64,000 nt of DNA from Micrococcales bacterium (GTDB taxonomy: Bacteria > Actinomycetota > Actinomycetes > Actinomycetales > Microbacteriaceae): the NCBI GenBank assembly GCA_046063415.1, contig JBJTMG010000088.1, positions 2,608 through 66,607 of the forward strand, written 5' to 3'. Both the position numbers and the translations under genes were made by a program. Positions 19,565 through 27,881 of this stretch are shown one piece after another. The notes below the pieces were generated by a model, which searched no databases, had not been told where the DNA came from, and was given only the letters and a program-made list of their open reading frames with translations. The number at the start of each line of letters is the position of its first letter. The first letter of the stretch is position 1.

Positions 19565-20701
19565 CTACTCCTTGTGGGATTTTTGCTCAGATAAGACTAT
19601 GGCATTGCGAAGGCGATCAGCGGCCTCGGCAATGTCTGAATCGGTTGCGGTAATAGAGAAACGAACGTGGTCTCGGCTTGATTCACCGTAAAACTCTCCG
19701 GGAACCACAACGATACCCAAGGCAGCCATGCGCTCCACGGTTGCCCAACAGTTCTCACCGAGAGTTGCCCAGAGATAGAGCCCCGCTTCGGAATCGGTGA
19801 CAGTGAATCCGTACTCTCGTACCGCGGGAAGTAAAACATCACGCCGCTTTTTGTAAATAGCCTTTTCGTGTGCTACGTGCTCATCATCATTGAGTGCCGC
19901 AATCATGGCATTTTGCACCGGCAGCGGTGTGATCATTCCCGCATGCATGCGCAAGTTAACCAGTGCCTTAATCAGGTCAGCAGATCCAGCTGCAAATGCG
20001 GCTCGATAGCCGGCCAGGTTTGACTGCTTGCTGAGTGAGTAAACGCACAGCACACCGGTCAAGTCGCCATCGATGACTCGGGGATCCAAGATGCTCGGGA
20101 TTATTTGGGTAGCCCACTCACCTTCCCATCCGAGCTCCGCGTAGCATTCATCGCTGGCCAGCAGGGCACCAAGTTCTCGCGCCTTTGCCACCGCGTACCT
20201 GAGTTGATTTACGCCCAAAACCTTGCCGTCGGGGTTTCCGGGCGAGTTGAGCCAGATGAGTTTTGCGTTGGACGGCCACTTGTCTGGGTCATCCTCAGAA
20301 ACGATTTGAGCGCCACAGAATGCAGCTCCAACCGCATAAGCGGTGTAGGCCGACTCTGGTTGAACAACGGCGTCTTCTGGGCCCAGGCCAAGCAACAGCG
20401 GCAGCCAGCTTATGAACTCTTTTGACCCGATTGTGGGCATTACGTTATCCACCGTTAGTCCGGCAACCCCACGTCGTCTGGCAAACCATTGCGCGACTGC
20501 CTGCCTGAACTGCAGAGATCCTGCGGTAGACGGATAACCCGGAGCGTTTGAACCCGCGACCAGGGCATCCTGAATCACCTTGGGAGTGGGATCAATTGGC
20601 GAACCAATAGATAGGTCGACCGCGCCACCGGGGAACTCGGCTGCCTTGGCCGCGTAGGGCTTTAGCTTCTGCCAGGGGTATTCCGGTAAGCGGTCAAACA
20701 C
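19565..20701 (-). CDS. dapC: Succinyldiaminopimelate aminotransferase (class I PLP aminotransferase)
   Basis: 378 aa. The N-terminus is LPEYPWQKLKPY and SLSKQSNLAGYR carries the PLP lysine. The conserved actinobacterial fdxA-dapC pairing is present. Confidence 0.8.
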   Translation of the reverse strand: MFDRLPEYPWQKLKPYAAKAAEFPGGAVDLSIGSPIDPTPKVIQDALVAGSNAPGYPSTAGSLQFRQAVAQWFARRRGVAGLTVDNVMPTIGSKEFISWLPLLLGLGPEDAVVQPESAYTAYAVGAAFCGAQIVSEDDPDKWPSNAKLIWLNSPGNPDGKVLGVNQLRYAVAKARELGALLASDECYAELGWEGEWATQIIPSILDPRVIDGDLTGVLCVYSLSKQSNLAGYRAAFAAGSADLIKALVNLRMHAGMITPLPVQNAMIAALNDDEHVAHEKAIYKKRRDVLLPAVREYGFTVTDSEAGLYLWATLGENCWATVERMAALGIVVVPGEFYGESSRDHVRFSITATDSDIAEAADRLRNAIVLSEQKSHKE

Positions 20702-20707
20702 AGCAGG

Positions 20708-21028
20708 CTACTCGCCCTGTGGCGGAAGTGCCGAGATAACATCGTGGTCGGCGTCGATTTTTCCGACCTTGCCCGCACCACCAGGTGACCCGATGGTCTC
20801 AAAGAATTCGACGTTCGCCTTGTAGTAGTCGGACCACTGCGAAGGAAGGTCATCCTCGTAGTAGATTGCCTCAACTGGGCAAACCGGCTCGCAGGCACCG
20901 CAGTCAACGCACTCATCGGGGTGAATGTAAAGCATTCGGTCGCCCTCGTAGATGCAGTCAACAGGGCATTCTTCAATGCAGGCCTTGTCTTTGACATCAA
21001 CGCAAGGCAGAGCAATGACATAAGTCAT
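20708..21028 (-). CDS. fdxA: 7Fe ferredoxin
   Basis: 106 aa. TYVIALPCVDVKDKACIEECPVDCIYEG and CVDCGACEPVCPVEAI are cluster-binding motifs. Confidence 0.95.
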   Translation of the reverse strand: MTYVIALPCVDVKDKACIEECPVDCIYEGDRMLYIHPDECVDCGACEPVCPVEAIYYEDDLPSQWSDYYKANVEFFETIGSPGGAGKVGKIDADHDVISALPPQGE

Positions 21029-21089
21029 GTTGGGATCCCTTCGAAAACTGCTTTTATTATCCCATTCCCCAAAGGGCGAAACGTTCTAT

Positions 21090-22223
21090 CTAGCGATGCC
21101 CAGAGGCGTTTTGTCTCCAAACAGCAGGCTGAATCTTTGGGAAGAGCATTATTACCCCGATGAGTACGCTGGAGCCGTAGAGCCACCACGAGCTGATCGT
21201 CGAGTTGGTTACAAACTGTTCTCCGCCTGGCTGATTCGTAGACATCTGAAAAATTGTCGTCAGGAAGCCCAGTGCCATGAGGTACAGGGCGCCTCGACTC
21301 CTTCGGAGAATGCGCAGGGCTAGAGCTAAAGAACCAACCATGAGTAGGGCAACCACTAAGCCAACTGGCAGCACATTGTCCTGGGTCTGGATTAGGTGGA
21401 GCATAGTGCCGGCGATACCTGTTAGGACTCCAGCTGGGAGCGCCCACAGCGAGTGCAACCAAGGCTTCAGCGAATGCCAGTAAGACGGATTGCTCAGCTT
21501 CAACCGCTCTTGCTCCAGATATTCGATCTCTTTGCCAACGACCAACGAATAGGTCTTGTCAAAGGTTTGCACTTGGCTGGCATGTGCTTCAAGAGCACGT
21601 TTTTTGACCTGCGCAGTAGCGGCTGTTCCAACCGAGACATCTGCCCGCTCCCCTGGCTCGGCAATGACCCAAAGCGCCGGTGCCCGGTGCGCTTTGGAAT
21701 ATTGGCGAATAGCCATGGCCGTGGCCTCATAAGCCTTTTTATGATCGGGGTGCCCAAAACCACCCTTGCGGTTGTAGGTCACCACCGCATCTGGACGAAA
21801 ATCCTTCAAGACCTTGAGAATGTCATCGGCGATCACCTGGGTTGCCGCGGCAGAAAGGCTCATTTCATCGAGCATTCGCTTTCTTGCTGGCCGGCCAAAG
21901 GAGTTGATTCGCATGCCCGAATCCAAGTAACTTCTGGTTCCAGCGAAGGCATGCTTTACCTTGTTTTGATCGCTGTTGAATTCTTGAATAGCGTTCATTA
22001 GTTCCGCAGTGCGGAAGGCGCCCATTTCTGGCAAACGACCCTCAAGAGACTTCAAATCCGCCAGCTTAACCTTGCCTCGCTCTCCCCTGGTGAGGGTCAG
22101 AACGAATACTTCGGCGCCGGCAGCAACTCGGTCGGCAATAACGTGACCAGTGAAGAGGCTCTCGTCATCGGGGTGCGCGTGCACCAGCAACAGACGTTTG
22201 GGGTTGAAACTCCGTTTTGCCAT
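21090..22223 (-). CDS. PIG-L/LmbE-family deacetylase (MshB-like by position) fused to a C-terminal membrane domain of about 4 TM segments
   Basis: 377 aa with the VHAHPDDESL and GFGHPDHKKA zinc-site motifs. The last ~130 aa contain four hydrophobic segments (LWALPAGVLTGIAG.., LPVGLVVALLMVGSLALAL, ALYLMALGFLTTIF, WWLYGSSVLIGVIMLF). Confidence 0.8.
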   Translation of the reverse strand: MAKRSFNPKRLLLVHAHPDDESLFTGHVIADRVAAGAEVFVLTLTRGERGKVKLADLKSLEGRLPEMGAFRTAELMNAIQEFNSDQNKVKHAFAGTRSYLDSGMRINSFGRPARKRMLDEMSLSAAATQVIADDILKVLKDFRPDAVVTYNRKGGFGHPDHKKAYEATAMAIRQYSKAHRAPALWVIAEPGERADVSVGTAATAQVKKRALEAHASQVQTFDKTYSLVVGKEIEYLEQERLKLSNPSYWHSLKPWLHSLWALPAGVLTGIAGTMLHLIQTQDNVLPVGLVVALLMVGSLALALRILRRSRGALYLMALGFLTTIFQMSTNQPGGEQFVTNSTISSWWLYGSSVLIGVIMLFPKIQPAVWRQNASGHR

Positions 22224-22268
22224 GGTCTAACTTTACCCAGCCATTCGAGGCTAGGAAATTGCAACTTG

Positions 22269-22287
22269 TTAGGTAAGGCTTACCTAA
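22269..22287. promoter_or_regulatory. IdeR/DtxR-type iron box (perfect 9-1-9 palindrome)
   Basis: TTAGGTAAGGCTTACCTAA fits the TWAGGTWAGSCTWACCTWA consensus at all 19 positions. It lies 33 nt upstream of the FTR1 start and 46 nt upstream of the divergent PIG-L gene start. Confidence 0.85.
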
Positions 22288-22319
22288 CTAAACTAGAGGT
22301 AAGAAAGGAACAACTGATA

Positions 22320-23132
22320 TTGTTTGCTAACTATCTAATCGGCCTTCGCGAAGGTCTTGAAGCCGCTCTCATCGTAGGAATCTTGTGCGCTTACCTGGTC
22401 AAGCTGGGGCGCACCAGAGACATTTCTAAAATCATGGCGGGCGTGGCACTTGCCATAGCCCTTTGTATTGGCGTGGGTCTTTTACTCACTGCCATTGAGT
22501 CTTCGCTTCCCCAAGGCACCGAGGAGATCATCGCAGGATTCACATCTCTGATCGCGGTGGTGTTCGTAACTTGGATGATTTTCTGGATGGCCAAAGAGGC
22601 CCGGCACATGGGGGTAAACCTTCGCGGTCGCGTAGACACCGCACTGGGTGGATCAGTAATTTCGTTGGCCCTGGTGGCATTCTTCGCTGTGATCCGAGAG
22701 GGAATCGAGACCAGCATTTTGCTCTGGTCCTCTACCAAATCTCTGGGTCAAGATTCAGCGCCAATATGGGGCGCATTCCTAGGCCTCAGCACAGCAGCTG
22801 TTCTGGGTTACCTGCTTTACAAGGGAGCCCTCAAGGTTAATCTGAGCCTTTTCTTCAAGTGGACTGGGGCCTACCTCATTGTGGTCGCAGCAGGCATTTT
22901 GTCTTACGGGATACACGAGCTTCAGGAAATTGGGTGGCTGCCAATCCTGGGTTCGGATTTCTATAACTTCTCAGCCGTTATCTCTGAAGGTTCAGTTGTT
23001 GAGGCCATTCTGAAAGGAATGGTTTCATTTGATTCCTCGCCCAGCTGGTTGCAGGCTGTGGCTTGGGTCCTTTACCTGGTCCCAGTGGCAGCGCTTTACT
23101 GGCGCTCAACCGTGCGAAAAGTAGGTAAATAA
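22320..23132 (+). CDS. FTR1/EfeU-family high-affinity iron permease
   Basis: A TTG at 22320 follows GAAAGGAA; the track ORF start at 22143 overlaps the divergent gene. It is 270 aa with two REXXE motifs (REGLEA, REGIET) in TM helices and about 7 TM segments. Confidence 0.85.
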   Translation: MFANYLIGLREGLEAALIVGILCAYLVKLGRTRDISKIMAGVALAIALCIGVGLLLTAIESSLPQGTEEIIAGFTSLIAVVFVTWMIFWMAKEARHMGVNLRGRVDTALGGSVISLALVAFFAVIREGIETSILLWSSTKSLGQDSAPIWGAFLGLSTAAVLGYLLYKGALKVNLSLFFKWTGAYLIVVAAGILSYGIHELQEIGWLPILGSDFYNFSAVISEGSVVEAILKGMVSFDSSPSWLQAVAWVLYLVPVAALYWRSTVRKVGK

Positions 23133-23203
23133 CCGCAGATAAGACCCGTTTTGCTCCCGTCCTTGGCTAGTGTTTTAGCATCCAAGCGATAGGGGTAGCT
23201 TTT

Positions 23204-26200
23204 ATGGCGACTAACAGCGGCTTTGTGTCTCCAATTTGTAAGCACAAAATCTCGGATGATTCCTACGATGAGAGTGGCATAGCAACCTGTGGTTGTGGCT
23301 ACAGATTCTCAAAGGCAACAGTCAACGAGTACGTTGAGGCTGAAGCCGACGCCATGGCGATTAACCGCGAGTACCAGTCGGCACTAACTCGCCTCGAGGA
23401 GCTGCGCAGACGCCTGATCGCGGAATCGGTAGTAAATGGAGCAGCAAGCAGCAGCGCCAAGAGTTTCACCGCTTCAAAGGTAGCCTCGACTTCTGTCGCG
23501 ACCAAAGCGCCAAGGCCCGAGAAACCGGCAAAGCCATCGCGGCCAAGCCGACCAAAACGCGCCCCGCTGAGCCCAAGAACTCTTCTTTTTATCGTGGGCG
23601 GAAGCCTAGTGCTGATTGCATTCAGCGTGTTCTTTGCCACCACCTGGAAGGACATTCCACCGGTGGGTCAAGCGGCGGTTGTTCTCTTCGCCGTCTTCCT
23701 CGCGGGGTTCGGTGCTATCAAGGCTCGAGACCGCATTAGGAACTTGGCCAATTTCCTGAGCACGCTTTCATCGGCGCTACTCATGCTTGGCCTGTATGCG
23801 GCGGGTCTATTGGGAATGCTCCCAGCCGAAACCATCGATGTCTCAAAATCGCTTTATTTACCCGCCAGCTTTGCAGTTGTAGGCATTTTGAGTCAACTTG
23901 CAGGTCGACGCTTCAAGATAGCGGGCTGGCTGTCAATGGGTCCTATCGGGCTGGCTCTCGCTTCAGGTTTAGCCTCACTGGGTTTTCTTAGCGCACAACT
24001 CGCAAACACCGGAAGTGCCGAATTCGGTTGGTTGATGCTGACGCTGAGCGCAGGCGGGATTCTGGTTGCCATTTCGGGGAGATATTCAAAACTCGAGATT
24101 CCCGACATAAAGAAACCAACCGAGACTGAGCAGTTCTTGATCGCTGATATCGAGGGTGAGATCCGGCGCGATCGCATGGTGGTTCGGCTAGCGTATCTTG
24201 CAACCCTTTCCCAACTGACGCTGGTTCTGCTCCTGGGTATTGTGGAGGCACTTAAGCTTGGGTCGCTTGACTCGTGGGGTCTGGTAGCGCTCGGTGTCTT
24301 CTGGCTAGGGGCAGCCACCGGCCTAGAAAGAATCGGAGGCAAGTTCACCGAGTCTGGCAAGGTCAATGGCAAGGTTCTCACCGGATCCTGGGTCATGGCA
24401 TTTGCGCCTTTTGGACTCGCGACTGTGGGTTGGGCTACTCAACTGGAGCTTGTAAACGCACCCAACTACAGCAGTCTCCTGATTTCGGCTGCAGTGGCAG
24501 CACTCATTGCGTTTTCAGTGCATTTTGTCTCGGAATTCAAGAAGCACGAACATGCGGTAAGTGGCGCCTACGCGAGCACCTGGGCCACTTGGGCATCCTG
24601 GCTGATATTGACCAATCAGTTTTCGCTTGGAAATGACCGGCAGATTCAAGTCTTTGCCGTGCTGCTTTTCTTGATTGCGGCAACTTGGTTTTGCATTCGT
24701 GCGATATCAAACCCAGACGCACTTCAGTTGGTGTCAGTAATTCCGGCAGTTACTGGGGCAACAATCTGGATGTTCAACTCCCACGCCTCGCTCGAAGCCT
24801 ATGAGAATGTGTCAGCCGCACTAGCTCTTAATCTCTACCTGGTTAGCATGGTCATCGCATCCACCGCACTCGCGCACGCTGCGCTAGAACAGCGCTTGGG
24901 CAAAGAACCCAGCAGAGTGACCACTTACCTGATTGCATTTGGAAGTGTTGCAACTGTTTTGGGATCTTTGCCTAGAGCCAGCGAGTTATGGCAAATCGGT
25001 GGGACCCAGTTCAACATGTTGGAACTCTGGCCACTTCTTGGAATTACCTTGTTGGTGGCGGTAATGGCTCTCGCTTCACAACGGAATGAATGGATAGCCG
25101 GCCACCACACCCTGCGGCGCCTGACGAGCATTCAGGGCATCACACTGATGGCAGGTAGTTTCCTTCAGGTGAGTTTGGCTGCCGCCATCAGTTACCAACA
25201 GAACTTGGGAACAGTGCTTGTGCTAGTGAGCATTGCAAACCTGGCAATCGCATTTGTTTACGGCATCTGGACAAAGAGCCGGGTCTTCTTATACGGCGCG
25301 CTGTCAGTTGCAACCGTTCTTGCTGTGAGCTTTGATGCCCTACTTATGCGCGACTTGCACTACTACGGTTGGCAGCAGGTTTGGCCTTCGACACTTTTAA
25401 TTATTCTTTTGGCGGTAGCGATCCTCTGGGCTCTTAACGGGACTGGAAAGAAGCCCGCGCCCGCCTCGCTGGGTGGCTTTACCGCGGCCTTGTCGCTTGT
25501 TTATTTCGGACACGTGGTATTGGCTTTCCGAGCTTTCGCTGTGTACATTCCAGAGTCACAGTTCAATGCCTGGCTAAACACAATAACCCTGTTGGCTGTT
25601 GGAGCGGTTGGTCTGCTGGCTAGCCACTCGACTCCCGTGAAAAAGATTGCAGGACTCGATGTCCTGGCCGAGCGGCTAGGGAGCCTTTCACTGATAGCCG
25701 CTCCGATCATTGCCATGCTAGCTTCCTCGGGAACCTCTCAGGTTTACCGCCTCGCAGTGGTGTCTATCGTGGCAACCGGTGTTGCAGTTTTCAAAGCCAG
25801 AGCTACCGGTTCGCACAACTGGGCATTAGGTGCACTCACACTTGGTGGCGTTGGGATCTGGTTCTATGTCATTGCCCTCATCACGGCATTGATTCCAATC
25901 GGCCTAGACCTCACGAGCGCAGCCATCGTTGGTTGCTATGTCACCCTGGGCGGTCTGGCGGTTTGGAACAGTAGCTATCGCAGACTCACGCATGACAAAG
26001 TGAGTTCGGCAGAGTCCGTGCCACTCCCGATTATCGAGATTTTAGCCCTTGGGTCGGCAGTTTCGTGGCTCACCGGGTACACCGGAATGATGTACCTAGC
26101 CATGACAGGTCACTTTGATTGGCCTTCGGCGGGAGTCCTTGAGGGCAACATTTCACCAGAGTTACCCGCGGTGCTTTCAATGTTGGCGCTGGTCTGGGTG

Positions 26201-27811
26201 CTCATTTTTGCCAGGATTCGCTCCGCAAAAAACCGAGGCTTTTTCAATGGTCACCTTATGAATCTTGCGTTCATAGCATTCGGCTATGGCGTAATTTCGC
26301 TGCTTCTAAACGACGGTACGGGGAATCCTTCTCGACTCCTCTTGTCTGCAGTTGCATTTATTGGATTTGCAGCTGCGGTGGCTCTAGACGGTTTCTTCAG
26401 CCACAACCGAAACTACCTGGTGACTGGATTCGTGAGCTCGGTCTTGGGCTTTTGGGCTCTTGCAGCCTGGTTGCTTCTGGATCAAGATTTGGTTCTGGCT
26501 CAGCTCTTTAATTTTGGTGCCATTCTGAGCTTCATTGTCACCACCTGGCTACTGCGCCGAAATCCAGCAGGATTCAACCTGAATAGCTGGTCCGTAGTAC
26601 TACCAGTGGTGTCATCGCTTTCGATAGTGATCGGTTTGACCCTTCGCGGCATGAACCCGGTAGTAAACCAGCCCAAGTTGCTTTGGGATTTGGAGTGGAT
26701 TATTGGCTTGGCGCTCTCCGTTGCCTACCTGTTCGCTAGCCGCCACAGGGCACTCAAGGGCCTTGACAGGGCACGAAATAGCACAATGGCCAGCGCCGCA
26801 CTATCTTGGCTCCTCAGCGCACCCTACGTAGTCGTGCTTCCTAGCCCTGGCGCACTTGAGGGTCATTGGGTAGCTCTCGCTTACTTCGGTATTTCACTTC
26901 TGAACCTGTTTACATTCGCCAGAAAGTTTGCCAGCAAAACAGCGCTCTTTGTCGGTTACCCAATAGCGATTCTGTTTGCTCTGGCACTGCGCCAGTTGCT
27001 CAGGGACCTCTTCGCGGTAAATGTTAACGGCCCTGAGCTGTTTGCTCTTGGTTTGACTATCTGGACGTTCCTGGCATCGTGGCTGTACCTAAAGACCTTT
27101 GAAGCTCCAAGGCGCACACTCTACAGTTGGGGTATCCCCGCAGGTACTGCACTTCTACCCTCTGCCGCCTACTTGGCCTTCAATAGCTCACAGCCACTCA
27201 GTGCGCAATCAACCGAGGACGTCTTGCGACTTGTGTTGCTAGCAATTGTTGCCACTGGACTGCTGGTTGCCGGAATGCGCATTGGGAATTTAGGCTTGAC
27301 GGCCGCCAGCACAACTGCGCTCCTAGTCGCCTTGGTGCCATCGCTCTATTACCGCATCGATGACATCTTCACCTCGGTTGCTCTCAGGGGCGAGATGAAG
27401 GCCCTGTTGGTTGCGGTTACGGTTTACGTCTTGCTGTATCTATTGCAACGAACTCGCAAGATTGAGCTTCCAAGTCTGGTCGCGTGGGGCTTGCCAACAG
27501 TCATTGCTCTGAGCGTTACTCTGATCGACGCTCTCAACGCCCTGCAAAAAACAACATTGGACACCGAGGATTGGGTGAGATTTGCGGTTTTGATTGCAGT
27601 TGGAACTGCGGTTTTGGTCCTTGGGGCGATACGCAAAATCGGTGGCTTCTTCTACCCCGGCCTAATTTCTGTATTGGCCGCAGCCATTCCTTACGCCTTC
27701 AAGCCCGGAGGCATTGGCCTTTGGCTGATTCTACTTAGCCTTGCGGCTCTTATCGTTTGGGTTGCCGTGCGCCTCGACCGCTTCACCGGTTGGTTGAAGC
27801 AACTCAGGTAG
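23204..27811 (+). CDS. Giant polytopic membrane protein (1535 aa) with a cytoplasmic Cys/His knuckle, coiled coil and Pro/Lys-rich linker at the N-terminus; function unknown
   Basis: A single uninterrupted ORF. The N-terminus has ICKHK...TCGCG (CxH-x14-CxC), a heptad-like helix (EYVEAEADAMAINREYQSALTRLEELRRRL) and KAPRPEKPAKPSRPSRPKRAP. By eye, roughly 40 hydrophobic helices then run to the C-terminus. Confidence 0.8.
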   Translation: MATNSGFVSPICKHKISDDSYDESGIATCGCGYRFSKATVNEYVEAEADAMAINREYQSALTRLEELRRRLIAESVVNGAASSSAKSFTASKVASTSVATKAPRPEKPAKPSRPSRPKRAPLSPRTLLFIVGGSLVLIAFSVFFATTWKDIPPVGQAAVVLFAVFLAGFGAIKARDRIRNLANFLSTLSSALLMLGLYAAGLLGMLPAETIDVSKSLYLPASFAVVGILSQLAGRRFKIAGWLSMGPIGLALASGLASLGFLSAQLANTGSAEFGWLMLTLSAGGILVAISGRYSKLEIPDIKKPTETEQFLIADIEGEIRRDRMVVRLAYLATLSQLTLVLLLGIVEALKLGSLDSWGLVALGVFWLGAATGLERIGGKFTESGKVNGKVLTGSWVMAFAPFGLATVGWATQLELVNAPNYSSLLISAAVAALIAFSVHFVSEFKKHEHAVSGAYASTWATWASWLILTNQFSLGNDRQIQVFAVLLFLIAATWFCIRAISNPDALQLVSVIPAVTGATIWMFNSHASLEAYENVSAALALNLYLVSMVIASTALAHAALEQRLGKEPSRVTTYLIAFGSVATVLGSLPRASELWQIGGTQFNMLELWPLLGITLLVAVMALASQRNEWIAGHHTLRRLTSIQGITLMAGSFLQVSLAAAISYQQNLGTVLVLVSIANLAIAFVYGIWTKSRVFLYGALSVATVLAVSFDALLMRDLHYYGWQQVWPSTLLIILLAVAILWALNGTGKKPAPASLGGFTAALSLVYFGHVVLAFRAFAVYIPESQFNAWLNTITLLAVGAVGLLASHSTPVKKIAGLDVLAERLGSLSLIAAPIIAMLASSGTSQVYRLAVVSIVATGVAVFKARATGSHNWALGALTLGGVGIWFYVIALITALIPIGLDLTSAAIVGCYVTLGGLAVWNSSYRRLTHDKVSSAESVPLPIIEILALGSAVSWLTGYTGMMYLAMTGHFDWPSAGVLEGNISPELPAVLSMLALVWVLIFARIRSAKNRGFFNGHLMNLAFIAFGYGVISLLLNDGTGNPSRLLLSAVAFIGFAAAVALDGFFSHNRNYLVTGFVSSVLGFWALAAWLLLDQDLVLAQLFNFGAILSFIVTTWLLRRNPAGFNLNSWSVVLPVVSSLSIVIGLTLRGMNPVVNQPKLLWDLEWIIGLALSVAYLFASRHRALKGLDRARNSTMASAALSWLLSAPYVVVLPSPGALEGHWVALAYFGISLLNLFTFARKFASKTALFVGYPIAILFALALRQLLRDLFAVNVNGPELFALGLTIWTFLASWLYLKTFEAPRRTLYSWGIPAGTALLPSAAYLAFNSSQPLSAQSTEDVLRLVLLAIVATGLLVAGMRIGNLGLTAASTTALLVALVPSLYYRIDDIFTSVALRGEMKALLVAVTVYVLLYLLQRTRKIELPSLVAWGLPTVIALSVTLIDALNALQKTTLDTEDWVRFAVLIAVGTAVLVLGAIRKIGGFFYPGLISVLAAAIPYAFKPGGIGLWLILLSLAALIVWVAVRLDRFTGWLKQLR

Positions 27812-27827
27812 CAAAGGGTTCCAAAAG

Positions 27828-27868
27828 ACGAAACCCCGCACCAAACGTAGGTGCGGGGTTTCGTTTTG
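27828..27868. terminator. Bidirectional intrinsic terminator between the giant membrane gene (+) and typA (-)
   Basis: A 15-bp perfect stem ACGAAACCCCGCACC / GGTGCGGGGTTTCGT with a 7-nt loop. It is flanked by an A-run upstream and TTTTG..TTTTT downstream. Confidence 0.85.
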
Positions 27869-27881
27869 AGTTTTTATTGGC

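Noticed and set aside
22143-22319. Upstream extension of the FTR1 ORF (track start 22143)
   Set aside because: It overlaps the divergent PIG-L gene and the iron box. A TTG at 22320 preceded by GAAAGGAA gives a normal-sized ~270-aa permease starting at its first TM.
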